DNA of 64,000 nt from assembly GCA_009841075.1 (NCBI GenBank), contig VXMP01000048.1, forward strand, positions 7,090-71,089, read 5' to 3'. A program made the translations under genes and the position numbers. This DNA is from Acidimicrobiia bacterium. Lineage in GTDB: Bacteria > Actinomycetota > Acidimicrobiia > Spongiisociales > Spongiisociaceae. The notes beneath the pieces are model-generated. The model had not been told where the DNA came from, made no database searches, and saw only the letters and a list, made by a program, of their open reading frames with translations. Of the stretch, positions 50,518 through 61,863 are shown one piece after another. The stretch's first letter is position 1, and every line of letters begins with the position of its first letter.

Positions 50518-51209
50518 TGATCCCGCCGGCCATGCCTCAACTCTGTCACCTCTCCTGCGGTCAAGGTGACCGGCCCCCGGGCGGTTGCCACTTCCAATCC
50601 CCCCTGAGGTGAAACGGTAACCGCCCGCCCCCTTCCGTCCGGCACCCAGGTGATCAGTCGGTCGAGGGTCGAACAAAGCCGCCGATATTCCTCATGTGGC
50701 CATAGATCAACAGGTCGGGAAACCATCTCCAGTAGCTCACCGGCCCAACTTCTCCCTAGTTCGACGGCTGCCTCGACACCCGGGTCTTCGTCAAAGATCG
50801 CTCCCCATCCGCAGGGAGGGTCGGGCCAGTAAAGGTTGGCACCCCATCCCGTGATAACCCTTCCCCCGCCCGCCTCCGTCAGGATGCCACCCAGCTTCTC
50901 GTCCCCACGCATCAGATCGTTGGGCCATTTCAAGGTCAAACCGTCCGGGTGATAGCGCAATGCCCTGACCGCAGCCACCCCGGACACCAACGTAATTAGA
51001 GGCCATCTCGAGGTGGGCCAGATGGGACGAAAACCTAAGGAGGCAGCCACCGCCCGAGGCGCGTTCGCCCAGTCGGCACCGGATCGTCCCCTTCCCCGGG
51101 TTTGGGACCGAGCCACCACCAAAAGCGGTGCCGAACCCAATCGTTTCGCCACCTCATCCTGGGTGGAAGTGGTTTCGTCCAAAACCACGGTCTCAAAATT
51201 TGTATCCAT
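50514..51209 (-). CDS. birA: Biotin--protein ligase (no N-terminal HTH)
   Basis: TTSTQ, QTRGRGRSG..W, LKWPNDL...KLGGIL. Confidence 0.88.
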   Translation of the reverse strand: MDTNFETVVLDETTSTQDEVAKRLGSAPLLVVARSQTRGRGRSGADWANAPRAVAASLGFRPIWPTSRWPLITLVSGVAAVRALRYHPDGLTLKWPNDLMRGDEKLGGILTEAGGGRVITGWGANLYWPDPPCGWGAIFDEDPGVEAAVELGRSWAGELLEMVSRPVDLWPHEEYRRLCSTLDRLITWVPDGRGRAVTVSPQGGLEVATARGPVTLTAGEVTELRHGRRDH

Positions 51210-51403
51210 CCCGCATCCCCGAGGGTCTAAACAGAGTTCGGAACAAAGGCCGATTGATGAGTCGCGTCCTCGTTACCGGTGAAAAATAGTAGTTGCCGTG
51301 CTTACCGGCCTAACCTTGAATACCTCCCCGCGGAGGTGTAAGGCAGGGAAGAGAATCCCGACACCGTAAATTAGGAACCAATCAAAAAAAGAGAACCAAA
51401 ATC

Positions 51404-52954
51404 TTGGGAACCGAACAACGTATCGAACAACTCCGAGAGCTCCGTAGCCAGGCCGAAGGGGCCGGGTCGCAACGCGATCTGGACCGTCAACGAGAAAAAG
51501 GCAAGCTAACCGCCCGCGAGAGGATCGCCCTACTGCTCGACCAGGGCAGCTTCCAAGAAATAGACATCTTCGTGCGTCATCAGTCACGTGGTTTCGGACT
51601 GGAAGACCGGCGCCCTCTCGGTGACGCGGTGGTCACGGGCTACGGAACCGTCAACGGTCGGACCGTGTTTGTGTTCGCCGAGGACTTCACCGTATTCGGC
51701 GGCAGCCTGGGTAAGGCGGTAGCCGACAAAATCACCAAGGTGATGGACATGGCCATGAAGGTCGGAGCACCCCTGGTGGGATTGAAAGATTCGGGCGGTG
51801 CACGCATTCAAGAAGGAGTACAGTCACTGGACGGATACGGCCGAATCTTCTACCGCAACGTGATGGCTTCCGGCGTCATCCCCCAGATTTCGGTGATTAT
51901 GGGGCCCTGTGCAGGAGGGGCCGTCTACTCCCCCGCCATCACCGATTTCGTGTATCAGGTGGAAGGCACCAGCCATATGTTCATCACCGGACCCGACGTG
52001 ATCAAAGCAGTTACCGGTGAGGAGGTCACCTTCGAGGATCTGGGCGGTGCCGGAACGCACGCCTCCACTTCGGGCGTCACCCATTTCGTATCCACCTCCG
52101 GTACCGACGCCTTGGAAGACGTTCGCTACCTGTTGTCCTTCCTGCCCCAGAACAACCTTACACCGCCCCCCTATTTCCCACCGGAGGATTCACCCGACCG
52201 GACCGAGGATCGGCTGGACACGATTATCCCCGACTCGCCCAACCAGCCCTACGACATGGTCGAAATCATCGAGTCCGTCCTTGATGACGGGGAGTTCTAC
52301 CAGGTGCACGAGCATTGGGCCCAAAACATCGTGGTGGGTTTCGCCCGACTGAACGGCCATTCGATCGGCATCGTGGCCAACCAACCCATCCACCTGGCCG
52401 GTACCTTGGATATGGAGGCCTCGCAGAAAGCGGCCCGGTTTGTCAGGCTGTGCGACGCCTTCAACATTCCGCTGCTCACCTTCGTGGATGTCCCAGGGTT
52501 TCTCCCCGGAGTGGAACAGGAGCATGGAGGAATAATCCGCCACGGTGCCAAACTGCTCTACGCCTACTGCGAGGCTACGGTCCCTCGGGTGACCGTCATG
52601 ACCCGCAAGGCCTATGGGGGTGCCTACCTGGTAATGAACGCCCGCGGGGTGGGTGCCGACCTGGTCTACGCCTGGCCCTCGGCCGAGATCGCGGTGATGG
52701 GTGCCCAGGGCGCGGTCAACATCATCCACCGCAAAGAAATCGCCACGGCAGCCGACCCTGACGCAAGGCGAACCCATCTGGTCGATGAATACGAGCGCCG
52801 GTTCGCCAACCCCTATATCGCTTCCGAGCTGGGCTTGGTCGATAACGTCATCGAACCCCGCCGGACCCGGGTACTTCTTATCAAGGCTTTCGACATGTTA
52901 CGCGACAAACGCGGCTCACTGCCGCCCAAAAAGCACGGCAACATCCCGCTTTAA
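51404..52954 (+). CDS. pccB: Acyl-CoA (propionyl-CoA) carboxylase carboxyltransferase subunit
   Basis: [45 protein letters not shown]. Confidence 0.92.
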   Translation: MGTEQRIEQLRELRSQAEGAGSQRDLDRQREKGKLTARERIALLLDQGSFQEIDIFVRHQSRGFGLEDRRPLGDAVVTGYGTVNGRTVFVFAEDFTVFGGSLGKAVADKITKVMDMAMKVGAPLVGLKDSGGARIQEGVQSLDGYGRIFYRNVMASGVIPQISVIMGPCAGGAVYSPAITDFVYQVEGTSHMFITGPDVIKAVTGEEVTFEDLGGAGTHASTSGVTHFVSTSGTDALEDVRYLLSFLPQNNLTPPPYFPPEDSPDRTEDRLDTIIPDSPNQPYDMVEIIESVLDDGEFYQVHEHWAQNIVVGFARLNGHSIGIVANQPIHLAGTLDMEASQKAARFVRLCDAFNIPLLTFVDVPGFLPGVEQEHGGIIRHGAKLLYAYCEATVPRVTVMTRKAYGGAYLVMNARGVGADLVYAWPSAEIAVMGAQGAVNIIHRKEIATAADPDARRTHLVDEYERRFANPYIASELGLVDNVIEPRRTRVLLIKAFDMLRDKRGSLPPKKHGNIPL

Positions 52955-53054
52955 GAGGGTGCTGAAAAATGTCCAGTTGGCTCGCTACCAAGAAGCGTAA
53001 ACCCCGGTTAGATGGAATTGTGGGCCAAGCCTCTCCATCTTTTTCAGCACCCTC
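52955..53054. mobile_element. MITE-like element (100 bp) with 15-bp terminal inverted repeats
   Basis: GAGGGTGCTGAAAAA...TTTTTCAGCACCCTC flanked by TTAA/TTAG. Homologous to 54830-54928. Confidence 0.75.
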
Positions 53055-53068
53055 TTAGGAAGGTGCAG

Positions 53069-54829
53069 GTGTCGAGGCCGAGCCTGAGCATTAGCTCTCT
53101 TCTGGTGGCCAACCGGGGGGAGATAGCGGTGAGGGTGATTCGGACCGCCGCCGACCTGGGCCTGCGAACCATCGCGGTCTACTCGGAGTTGGATCGCGAC
53201 GCCCTGCATGTGGAGCTGGCGGACGAGGCCTGGAACATCGGCCGGCCGGCTGCCTCCGAGTCCTACCTGAACGGAACCCGGCTGATCGAGGTAGCCCGAA
53301 AAGCCGGTGCCGATGCCGTTCACCCCGGCTACGGTTTCCTGGCCGAAAACGCCGGCTTCGCCCGGATGGTCCAGGATGCGGGCATGGTCTGGGTAGGTCC
53401 CCCGGCCTCGGCCATTGAGCTAATGGGCGACAAGATACTCTCCCGTCAGGCCGCTCGATCGGCGGGCGTAGAACCCGTGCCCGGCACCACCGAAGCGATC
53501 GAGACCTTCAAGGAGGCTGCCCCGATCGCCTCCAAAATCGGATATCCGATCGCCGTCAAAGCTGCCCACGGCGGAGGTGGTAAAGGCCTGCGAATAGCCG
53601 CCAACCGCAAAGAGTTATCCGAAGCCATCGAGGGCGCTCGGCGGGAAGCGGAAGCATATTTCGGAAACCCGGTGGTCTACCTGGAATCCTATCTCGACCG
53701 GGCCCGCCACATCGAAGCCCAGATACTGGTAGATCAGCACGGCAACGCCCGCTTCCTGGGCGAGCGAGACTGCTCGGTGCAGCGGCGACACCAGAAGCTG
53801 ATCGAAGAGGCACCCTCCACGCTGTTCTCCCCGGATCAGAGGGCAGCCTTGGGCGAGGCGGCTCTGGCTATCGCCGAGAGCTGCGGATACGTCAACGCCG
53901 GCACCGTCGAATTCCTGGTCCGGCCCGACGGAACCTTCTACTTCCTGGAGATGAACACCCGCCTCCAGGTCGAGCATACGGTGACCGAGATGGTGACCGG
54001 ATTGGATTTGGTGACCGAGCAGCTGGCCATTGCCGACGGTCACCCCCTCTCTTTCGACCAGGTGGAGGTGGTTGGCCATGCCTTGGAGCTGCGCATCAAC
54101 GCCGAAGACCCGGCGGCGAATTTCCGTCCTTCTCCCGGTACGGTTACCGAGTATCGGGAGCCTGGCGGTCCAGGGGTTCGAGTGGACTCCTGGATCACAC
54201 CCGGCACTTCGATCAGCCAGTTCTACGACAACCTCCTGGCCAAGCTGGTGGTGTGGGGCCGGACCCGTGAGGAGGCCATCGCCCGGGCGAAGCGAGCCCT
54301 GAACGAATATCGGGTGGCCGGGATTGCCACCACCATTCCCGCCCATCGCGCGGTTCTTTCCCATCCCGTTTTCATCAGAGGAGAGGCCCACACCAGATTT
54401 GTGGAACAAGAGCTGATGCTTGACCCGGAGCCGTTCGACCGAGGCCATGCCCAAGCCACGGAAGAACCGGGCCCGGGCCAGGAAATGACCTTGGAGGTGG
54501 ACGGACGCAAATTTGATGTGATCTTCTGGCCTCCGTCGGTTTCCACCCCCACCAAGGATCGACCCACCCGGCGGCCACCCCGCCGCGGAGCCGCCCGGGG
54601 ACCTATCGCCTCCGAGCCCGGCATCGTGCTTTCACCCATGCAGGGAACCATCGTCAAGGTTTCGGCCCAGGCCGGCGATCGGGTGGAGGTCGACCAACAA
54701 CTCTGTGTGCTAGAGGCGATGAAAATGGAAAACGAGATTCGCAGCCCCATCAACGGAGAGCTGGTGGAATTGAAGGTTCAGCCCGGCGACACCGTCCGCA
54801 CCAACGAGGTTATAGCTATAGTACGCTAG
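53069..54829 (+). CDS. accA: Biotin carboxylase / biotin carboxyl carrier protein fusion
   Basis: ANRGEIA, HPGYGFLAEN, GGGGKG, RDCSVQRRHQK, EMNTRLQVEH, EAMKM. Start probably a GTG after the MITE. Confidence 0.92.
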   Translation: MSRPSLSISSLLVANRGEIAVRVIRTAADLGLRTIAVYSELDRDALHVELADEAWNIGRPAASESYLNGTRLIEVARKAGADAVHPGYGFLAENAGFARMVQDAGMVWVGPPASAIELMGDKILSRQAARSAGVEPVPGTTEAIETFKEAAPIASKIGYPIAVKAAHGGGGKGLRIAANRKELSEAIEGARREAEAYFGNPVVYLESYLDRARHIEAQILVDQHGNARFLGERDCSVQRRHQKLIEEAPSTLFSPDQRAALGEAALAIAESCGYVNAGTVEFLVRPDGTFYFLEMNTRLQVEHTVTEMVTGLDLVTEQLAIADGHPLSFDQVEVVGHALELRINAEDPAANFRPSPGTVTEYREPGGPGVRVDSWITPGTSISQFYDNLLAKLVVWGRTREEAIARAKRALNEYRVAGIATTIPAHRAVLSHPVFIRGEAHTRFVEQELMLDPEPFDRGHAQATEEPGPGQEMTLEVDGRKFDVIFWPPSVSTPTKDRPTRRPPRRGAARGPIASEPGIVLSPMQGTIVKVSAQAGDRVEVDQQLCVLEAMKMENEIRSPINGELVELKVQPGDTVRTNEVIAIVR

Positions 54830-54928
54830 GAGGGTGCTGCAAAATATCCCCGTTGGCCCGCTGACAGGAACGAAATCCCTGCTAGAAGAAGCCAAGGGGC
54901 CAACCCATCCCCGTTTTTCAGCACCCTC
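54830..54928. mobile_element. MITE-like element (99 bp) with CTAG target-site duplication
   Basis: CTAG-GAGGGTGCTGCAAAA...TTTTTCAGCACCCTC-CTAG; inner IR TTGGCCC/GGGCCAA. Confidence 0.8.
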
Positions 54929-54938
54929 CTAGGTTTCT

Positions 54939-56309
54939 CTAGCTGGAGGCGTCGACTATCGACTCCGACAGGGTGGGGTGAACCATAAGGGTCTCCACCA
55001 AGGTGTTGACCTTCACCTGGGCTTGGGTGGCCAAGGCCAGGATTCCGATCAGCTCCGACGCCCGATGCCCCACAATGGTCCCACCCAGCACCACCCGGGT
55101 GGCGGGATCGGAAACCACTTTGGCAAACCCTTGGGTGTTGCCATGGATGATGCTTCGGGGGTTGGCGGCGAACGGGACCTTGGTTATCCGCACCTTGCGG
55201 CCCTCGGCAGCGGCGTCGGCCTCTTCCAGCCCCACCGATGCTATCTCCGGTTCGGTGAATATAGCCTGCGCCACCTTGGAATAGTCCAAAGCCGTTTCGG
55301 GGCGGCCGGTCATATGTCGGGCCAGCTTGCGCCCTTGTGCTATCGCTACCGAGGAAAGCAGCATTTGACCGGTTACGTCTCCGGCGGCGTAGATGTGGGG
55401 GGCGGTGGTGCGTTGGAACTCGTCCACAACCACGAACCCGCCGTCGGTTTCCACTCCGGCCTTCTCCAACCCAAGACCTTCGGAAAGAGGTACCGCCCCC
55501 ACCGCCAGCAGGGCGTGGGTACCGTCCACTATCCGACCATCATCGGTGTGCACCCTGACGCCGTTACCGTTCCGGTCGATCCCCACCGCCCGAGTACCTT
55601 TAAGCAACGACACTCCCCTGGCCAGGAAATCTTCTTCAAGAGCGGACGCCACTTCGGAGTCCCGATGCGGGAGCACATGTTGGCGGCTCACCAACAACGT
55701 CACCCTGGAACCCAGGCTCTCGAAGATGTGCACCATCTCCACCCCGGTGACCCCCGACCCGATAACCACCAGATGCTCAGGAGGAGAAGGCAGATGATAG
55801 ACGTGGCGGGTGGTGAAAACCCTTTCGCCGTCCACTTCCGCCCAATCCGGCACCCAAGGCCTGGAGCCGGTGGATATCAGGGCCTTGTCGAACTCGATCT
55901 CCACCTCTCGACCGTTAAGCGAGGCCACCGCCCTATTAGGGCCGGTAAACCGTCCTCTTCCCGCCAAGATGTTGATGCCCTGGCTTCCCAACAGCTCGGT
56001 TTCTTTTCTGGAAAGCCGATCCGTAATCATGTCGATACGTTCGGACAGTTTCTTAAGCCGGACGCCGGGAAAGCTGATCTCGGCTATACCCAGATCATGA
56101 GCGTTACGGATAGCCTGCATTCTTATAGAGGTAGCCACCATGGCCTTGGACGGGATACAGTCCCTAAGATGGGCGGCACCCCCCAAAACCTGTTCCTCTA
56201 CCAAGGTCACCTCTGCTCCCAGGGCAGCCGCGCTGCTGGATGCGGTGGTTCCGGCCGGCCCTCCTCCTATGACCAGGAACCGAATCGGGGAGACTTCCGA
56301 GGTAGCCAT
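54939..56309 (-). CDS. lpdA: LpdA-type NAD(P)H:quinone reductase (flavoprotein disulfide reductase family lacking one redox Cys)
   Basis: GGGPAG, AHLRDCIPSK (single Cys), GSGVTGVE, AAGDVTG. Next to the acc locus as in other actinobacteria. Confidence 0.8.
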   Translation of the reverse strand: MATSEVSPIRFLVIGGGPAGTTASSSAAALGAEVTLVEEQVLGGAAHLRDCIPSKAMVATSIRMQAIRNAHDLGIAEISFPGVRLKKLSERIDMITDRLSRKETELLGSQGINILAGRGRFTGPNRAVASLNGREVEIEFDKALISTGSRPWVPDWAEVDGERVFTTRHVYHLPSPPEHLVVIGSGVTGVEMVHIFESLGSRVTLLVSRQHVLPHRDSEVASALEEDFLARGVSLLKGTRAVGIDRNGNGVRVHTDDGRIVDGTHALLAVGAVPLSEGLGLEKAGVETDGGFVVVDEFQRTTAPHIYAAGDVTGQMLLSSVAIAQGRKLARHMTGRPETALDYSKVAQAIFTEPEIASVGLEEADAAAEGRKVRITKVPFAANPRSIIHGNTQGFAKVVSDPATRVVLGGTIVGHRASELIGILALATQAQVKVNTLVETLMVHPTLSESIVDASS

Positions 56310-56315
56310 ACGATT

Positions 56316-57896
56316 TTATAGGGTGCGATAGGTTCCGAACACCCGACGGAGGGCATCCGAAACCTCTCCAAGGGTGGCACCGGCGGCCAAAGATTCTTTC
56401 ATCGGATACATAATATTGCCATCTCCTCGGGCTTCTTGAACCATTTTCTCCAAACTCCTGACCACCTCCCCTTCCTCCCGACCCTGACGCCATTCCACCA
56501 CCCGCTCCCGCTGACCGGATTCGAGAGTCGGATCTACCTTCCAGGGTTGAATCGGGGACTCCTCCTCATCTACGTATCGGTTCACCCCGACCACCGTTTG
56601 CTCGCCCCTTTCTATCCGCATTGAGGCTCGATAGGCGGCTTCTTCGATCTCCCTTTGGGGAAACTCCGCCTCTATAGCAGCCACCGCCCCACCCAACCGA
56701 TCGATCCGGTCAATCAACCGTCCGGCCGCCTCTTCCAGCCGGTCGGTCAGGCTTTCCACATAGTAGGAACCGGCCAGAGGATCCACCGTGTCGGCCAATC
56801 CGGACTCCTCCGCCAGGATCTGCTGGGTGCGGAGAGCAATGGTGGCGGAGTGTTCCGTAGGTAGGCCGAGGGCTTCGTCATAGGCGTTGGTGTGCAGCGA
56901 CTGGGTTCCTCCCAGCGTGGCGGCCAAGGCCTGCACCGTGGTACGGACAATGTTGTTCTCCGGCTGCCGGGCTACCAGGGTGGATCCGGCGGTCTGGGTG
57001 TGGAAGCGCATCCGTTGGGAGGTGGGGCTATGGGTGGCGAAACGATCTCTCATGGCGTATGCCCACATCCTCCGGGCAGCTCGGAACTTGGCTACCTCCT
57101 CGAACAGGTGATTGTGGGAGTTCCAGAAAAAGGACAGACGAGGAGCAAACTCCTCCACATCCAGACCCGCATCCAGGGCGGCCTCCACATAGGCGATGCC
57201 GTTGGCGATGGTAAAGGCCAGCTCCTGCGCGGCGGTGGCACCGGCCTCCCGGATGTGATACCCGCTGATGGAAATGGTATTCCAACCGGGAAGCTCTCGA
57301 CCACAGTATGCGAACAGATCGGTTACCAGGCGCATGGACGGCTTAGGCGGGTAGATGTAGGTACCTCGGGCGATGTACTCTTTCAGGATGTCGTTCTGGA
57401 CGGTTCCTCTGATCCGATCCGACTGAACCTCCTGCTCCTCGGCGACCAGCTGATAAAGAAGAAGCAGGATCGGGGCGGTGGCGTTGATGGTCATGGACGT
57501 GGAAACCTCGCCGAGCGGCAACCCATCCAGCAGGGTCCGCATATCCGCCAGACTGTCGATGGCCACCCCCACCTTGCCCACCTCTCCCAAGGCCCGCGGA
57601 GAATCCGAGTCGATCCCCATCTGGGTGGGAAGATCGAAGGCGACCGACAATCCGGTCTGGCCGGCGGCGAGCAAAGCCTTGAAACGCCGATTGGTTTCCC
57701 GGGCGGTACCGAAACCGGCATATTGGCGGATCGTCCAGGGCCGACCCCGATACATAGTCGAATAAGGTCCCCGGGTGAATGGAAAACCGCCCGCCTCGCC
57801 TAGCTCACCATGGGGCTCCGGGCCATAGCTGACCTTGATGTCCAGGTCGCTGGAGGTGGCCCGCGGCGCAGGTACCGAAGATTGGGGCGATGTCAT
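56316..57896 (-). CDS. Methylmalonyl-CoA mutase family, substrate-binding (large) subunit of split enzyme
   Basis: [49 protein letters not shown]. No B12-binding domain. ATG 57896. Confidence 0.9.
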   Translation of the reverse strand: MTSPQSSVPAPRATSSDLDIKVSYGPEPHGELGEAGGFPFTRGPYSTMYRGRPWTIRQYAGFGTARETNRRFKALLAAGQTGLSVAFDLPTQMGIDSDSPRALGEVGKVGVAIDSLADMRTLLDGLPLGEVSTSMTINATAPILLLLYQLVAEEQEVQSDRIRGTVQNDILKEYIARGTYIYPPKPSMRLVTDLFAYCGRELPGWNTISISGYHIREAGATAAQELAFTIANGIAYVEAALDAGLDVEEFAPRLSFFWNSHNHLFEEVAKFRAARRMWAYAMRDRFATHSPTSQRMRFHTQTAGSTLVARQPENNIVRTTVQALAATLGGTQSLHTNAYDEALGLPTEHSATIALRTQQILAEESGLADTVDPLAGSYYVESLTDRLEEAAGRLIDRIDRLGGAVAAIEAEFPQREIEEAAYRASMRIERGEQTVVGVNRYVDEEESPIQPWKVDPTLESGQRERVVEWRQGREEGEVVRSLEKMVQEARGDGNIMYPMKESLAAGATLGEVSDALRRVFGTYRTL

Positions 57897-57946
57897 AGGT
57901 ATCCTGACTAACCGATGAACCGGTATCCTACCCTCCCCTTGACGCC

Positions 57947-60418
57947 TTGACCGAGACCAGCATCCACGACATTGAACGAGGAGAGCTGAAACGCCGCTGG
58001 TCTTTGGCGCTGGTGCTGAGCATGGCCATCGCACTGATCATCGCCACCTGGGTAGGGCTGTTCGGCTTTCTTGGGGCCAACGCCGCCTACGCCGTTTTTG
58101 ATCGTCTGGTAGAAAGGTGGCTACCCCAGATCGAGACCGACGCCACCTTATGGGATCTGCCCGATCTGTCGCTGGTGTCGCGGGTCTATACCGAGGACGG
58201 TACCCTCCTGGCCGAGCTGCACGCCGGTCGGGTCTCCGAACCGGCCCGTTTCTACGAGGCACCCAACCATCTGATCGACGCCATCCTCGCTGCAGAGGAT
58301 GGGGACTATTTCGAGCATCACGGGGTGGATTTCCTGGCCATCGCCAGTGCGGTGCGCGATCACATCACCGGAGCGGACCAACGGGGTGGATCCACCATTA
58401 CCCAGCAGGTGGTCAAGAACAACATCGTGGGTGACGAACAGACCATCCAACGCAAGATTTTGGAGGCGTTGTACGCGGTAAAGCTGGAACAACAGTACAC
58501 CAAGCAGGAGATACTGGAGTTCTACATGAACTCGATCTACTTCGGATGGTCGGCCTACGGGGTGGGGGCGGCCGCTTTGGAGTACTTCAACAAGGATCTG
58601 GCCGACCTGACCATCGCCGAGTCCGCCACCCTGGCGGTGACCATCCGCAATCCCACCCTTTACGATCCTCGCCGCCAACCGGAACGAGCCGAAGAGCGCC
58701 GCAACGATGTCATCGATGCCATGTCCGCCTCGGGCTTTATTACCTACGAGGAAGCCGCCCAAGCCAAAGAGGAGCCGTTCTTTATCCAGCCGCCCTCGCA
58801 GTTCGAAAGTCCGGCAGAGCATGTGGTGGCGGAGGTTCGCCGTCAGATCCTCAACGATCCCGAATTCTCCTTCCTGGGCCTCACCAATGAGGAGAGACGG
58901 CGCTCCCTGTTCGGATGTCCCGCCCATGAGGAAGACTGCGAAGGCGGGGGCGGACTGAAGGTTTATGTAACGGTGGACCTGGAGGTTCAGGAGGCCGCCA
59001 ACCGTATTCTGCGGTCCTGGCTTCCGGTTCCCGGCGAGGAAACCATCGACGAGCGCGGCGCGCCTACCGGGGCGATAGCCATGGTGGAAAACCACACCGG
59101 AGCGGTTCTGGCCATGTCTTCTGGACTTCCGTTCGAGCAGGAGCAGTTCGACCTGGCCATACAAGGGCGGAGGAACCCGGGATCGGCCTTCAAGCCCTTC
59201 GTGCTGGTTTCCTACCTGGAGGCGGGAGGAAGCCTCCAGTCATACTGGGACGCCCGCAGCCCTCGGGAAATCGAATGCGAAGACCCATGCGGACCAGATG
59301 GCAGCTACATCTGGACGGTTCGGAACGCCGGATCGGTTGACCCGTTGATGACCGTGGCCCAGGCTACCGAGCGGTCGGTCAACACCGTCTACGCCCAGCT
59401 TTCGGTGCTGGTAGGACCCAATGCGGTCATCAACACGGCCCGGCGGATGGGAATCACCTCGGACCTGGAGGAGGTTTATTCCCTGGCCTTGGGGACCGGC
59501 GCGGTCAGCCCCTTGGAAATGGCCTCCGCCTACAGCACCTTCGCTACCAACGGTGTCCACGCCCGGCCCTACCTCATCTCCCGAATAACGGCCGACGACG
59601 GAACCGTGCTCTATAGGCGGCAGGTGGAAACCGTCCAGGCTATCGACCCGGTGCTGGCGGCGGCCGTGCGCCGACCTATGGAACGGGTGGTCTGCTGCGG
59701 GACGGCGCGGCGGGCGGTTATAGAAGGTATCCCCCAAGCCGGCAAAACCGGCACCCACCAGGCCTATCGGGATGCCTGGTTCGTGGGATATGTCCCCAAC
59801 TTCACCACTGCGGTCTGGGTGGGATATCCGGACGAACAGACCGCCCTGGAGGACGTGGTGATCAACGGCGAAACCTACACCAGGGTGTTCGGCGGCTCCG
59901 TTCCGGCACCGATCTGGAAGGAGTTCATGGAGGTGGTACTCGCCAAATATCCGGTGGGAGAGTTTCCGAGCAGCCTGGGGATCGGCCACTACAACACCCT
60001 CCCCTTCGCCATAGTCCCCGACCTGACCGACCTGTCCGAAGCGGAAGCAGAGGAGGCGATTTTCGATTCCCATCTCCTGCCGGTTTTTGAGGAGGTGGCA
60101 TCCCCGCTCCCGGAGGGAACCCTTTTGGAGTTTGAACCGGAGGCGGGGCTGGAGGTGGACCAGGGCTCTACCGTAACGGTGCAGGTGTCAAGCGGATTAA
60201 AGACCCTGATCATTCCCTCCTTGGGCGGGCTCGGCCTGGAGGAGGCCTTGGAGGCCTTACAAGCCGCTCAGGAAGAGGCCGGAACCACCATTTCCGTCGA
60301 AACCATCTATCAGCAGACCGATGACCCGGATCTGGTTGATCGGGTTCTGGTCACGGTGCCCCCCAGCGGAGGAACGATCGTGACCGGACAGTCTTTAACC
60401 CTGGTGATCGGCAGCTAA
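57947..60418 (+). CDS. Class A penicillin-binding protein (transglycosylase + transpeptidase + PASTA)
   Basis: [27 protein letters not shown] (SxxK), SVN, GKTGT, two PASTA-like repeats. Confidence 0.92.
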   Translation: MTETSIHDIERGELKRRWSLALVLSMAIALIIATWVGLFGFLGANAAYAVFDRLVERWLPQIETDATLWDLPDLSLVSRVYTEDGTLLAELHAGRVSEPARFYEAPNHLIDAILAAEDGDYFEHHGVDFLAIASAVRDHITGADQRGGSTITQQVVKNNIVGDEQTIQRKILEALYAVKLEQQYTKQEILEFYMNSIYFGWSAYGVGAAALEYFNKDLADLTIAESATLAVTIRNPTLYDPRRQPERAEERRNDVIDAMSASGFITYEEAAQAKEEPFFIQPPSQFESPAEHVVAEVRRQILNDPEFSFLGLTNEERRRSLFGCPAHEEDCEGGGGLKVYVTVDLEVQEAANRILRSWLPVPGEETIDERGAPTGAIAMVENHTGAVLAMSSGLPFEQEQFDLAIQGRRNPGSAFKPFVLVSYLEAGGSLQSYWDARSPREIECEDPCGPDGSYIWTVRNAGSVDPLMTVAQATERSVNTVYAQLSVLVGPNAVINTARRMGITSDLEEVYSLALGTGAVSPLEMASAYSTFATNGVHARPYLISRITADDGTVLYRRQVETVQAIDPVLAAAVRRPMERVVCCGTARRAVIEGIPQAGKTGTHQAYRDAWFVGYVPNFTTAVWVGYPDEQTALEDVVINGETYTRVFGGSVPAPIWKEFMEVVLAKYPVGEFPSSLGIGHYNTLPFAIVPDLTDLSEAEAEEAIFDSHLLPVFEEVASPLPEGTLLEFEPEAGLEVDQGSTVTVQVSSGLKTLIIPSLGGLGLEEALEALQAAQEEAGTTISVETIYQQTDDPDLVDRVLVTVPPSGGTIVTGQSLTLVIGS

Positions 60419-60420
60419 AT

Positions 60421-60530
60421 CCCCTTGAAGCCTTCCTGTGTCGGGAGATTTCTATCTAAACGCGAAAAAATCCTTTAGAACGCTAAAAACTCCCCTTGAA
60501 ATCCTAGAAATCTCATGGCACGTTAGGGTC
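60421..60530 (+). promoter_or_regulatory. Repeat-rich promoter of the downstream hypothetical gene
   Basis: CCCCTTGAA direct repeat (60421, 60492), IR GAGATTTCTA/TAGAAATCTC (60445/60505), two AACGCnAAAAA boxes 20 bp apart, TTGAAA-17-CACGTT with TGn. Confidence 0.5.
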
Positions 60531-61031
60531 ATGCGGTTCGCTGCGCCCGGCTCTTTCCGTCAAGACGAAAGTCCTCCCGTCGCCACGGATATCGCGCCTT
60601 GGTCGGGCGTAGCGGTCCGCATTTCGGCTCAAAAGCGGACCATGATCACCCCTCGGATCTGGCCCGAACACCTGCCCTACGGCATTTCGCCCTCTCATCC
60701 TTATGTACTCACCTACTGGACGGCGGCACTGGGAAGCCCCACCTTGGCCGAGCTGTTGCGTCTTATCGTCGCCGCCAAGCGGGGCCGGGAGGTACTCCAT
60801 CCGATGCATCTATCGGTTCTCTGCGAGGAAGGTTTGGTCCATTTTTTTGATCGCTCGATTTGGGTTCGCCCGCTTCTTCCCCCACTGGGTAGACGCCAAA
60901 TCAGCCGCCTGGATCCTCGGCTTCAACAGAGGCACCCCTATGATCTTCGTTGGGCCTACCGCCCTCTTATCACCGAATCGCCGAATACCACCGGTGCAGT
61001 TGCCTGGGAGGAGAACACACCCACCCACTAG
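60531..61031 (+). CDS. Conserved hypothetical protein, possibly winged-helix/DnaB-N-like
   Basis: YVLTYWTAALGSPT...LCEEGLV...VRPLLPPLGRRQISRL resembles, from memory, an actinobacterial Y..FW..ILGP family. Start uncertain (60531 or 60642). Confidence 0.55.
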   Translation: MRFAAPGSFRQDESPPVATDIAPWSGVAVRISAQKRTMITPRIWPEHLPYGISPSHPYVLTYWTAALGSPTLAELLRLIVAAKRGREVLHPMHLSVLCEEGLVHFFDRSIWVRPLLPPLGRRQISRLDPRLQQRHPYDLRWAYRPLITESPNTTGAVAWEENTPTH

Positions 61032-61044
61032 CATCCCCCCGAGG

Positions 61045-61797
61045 ATGTCTGCTGATCTGATCGAACAAGCGGCCCGCCTCCTCCGACCCTCGAAACGGCT
61101 GTTGGTAGTGACCGGTGCCGGAATCTCCACCGAATCCGGGATTCCCGATTTCCGTGGTCCTGACGGACTATGGAAAAACGTGGATCCGGATGACTTTTCC
61201 TTCGAGCGCTACCTGGAATCGAGCGAGGTACGGCACCGAAGCTGGACCCGATGGTCTACCTCACCCCTTCGGCAGGCAAAACCCAACCAAGGGCATCTGG
61301 CTATATGCGAGCTGGCTCAACGCCGAAAGTTGATCGGCTGCGTGACCCAGAACATCGACGGACTCCACCGAGCTGCCGGCCTCTCCGATGAACTGCTGGT
61401 GGAAGTGCATGGCAACGTATGGAAAACCCGTTGCCTGATCTGCGAATCCGAATGGCCCACCGCAACCGTGTTCGAACGGGTAGACCAAGGCGAGCACGAT
61501 CCTCATTGTCCACACTGCGGAGGGATTATCAAGCTGACGGTGATCTCGTTCGGTCAGGAAATGCCCGCCGATGAACTAAGCCGGGGCTACGCCATGGCCC
61601 GGCAAGCCGACGCGGTGCTGGCGATTGGAACCACCCTTTCCGTCTGGCCGGCCGCCGACATACCCTTGACCGCTGCCCGCCGAGGCGCTTCCTTGGTGAT
61701 CGTAAACCAGGGAGAAACCGACTTCGACCCGATAGCCGACCTCAAACTGGACACCCCCTCCGGACCCACCCTGACCCGTCTGGTGACCCTGATTTAA
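61045..61797 (+). CDS. cobB: NAD-dependent deacylase (sirtuin)
   Basis: TGAGISTESGIPDFRG, TQNIDGLH, EVHG, CxxC...CxxC, GTTLSVWPAA. Confidence 0.92.
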   Translation: MSADLIEQAARLLRPSKRLLVVTGAGISTESGIPDFRGPDGLWKNVDPDDFSFERYLESSEVRHRSWTRWSTSPLRQAKPNQGHLAICELAQRRKLIGCVTQNIDGLHRAAGLSDELLVEVHGNVWKTRCLICESEWPTATVFERVDQGEHDPHCPHCGGIIKLTVISFGQEMPADELSRGYAMARQADAVLAIGTTLSVWPAADIPLTAARRGASLVIVNQGETDFDPIADLKLDTPSGPTLTRLVTLI

Positions 61798-61863
61798 AGG
61801 TTTTTGAGCGTTCTCAATAAAGGGGGCCGCGCCTCGGGACAGTAAACTTTGGTCGGGAGGGCG

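Noticed and set aside
51404-57896. PCC and methylmalonyl-CoA mutase as part of the epoxide pathway
   Set aside because: This is an ordinary actinobacterial locus, and 2-KPCC yields acetoacetate rather than propionyl-CoA.
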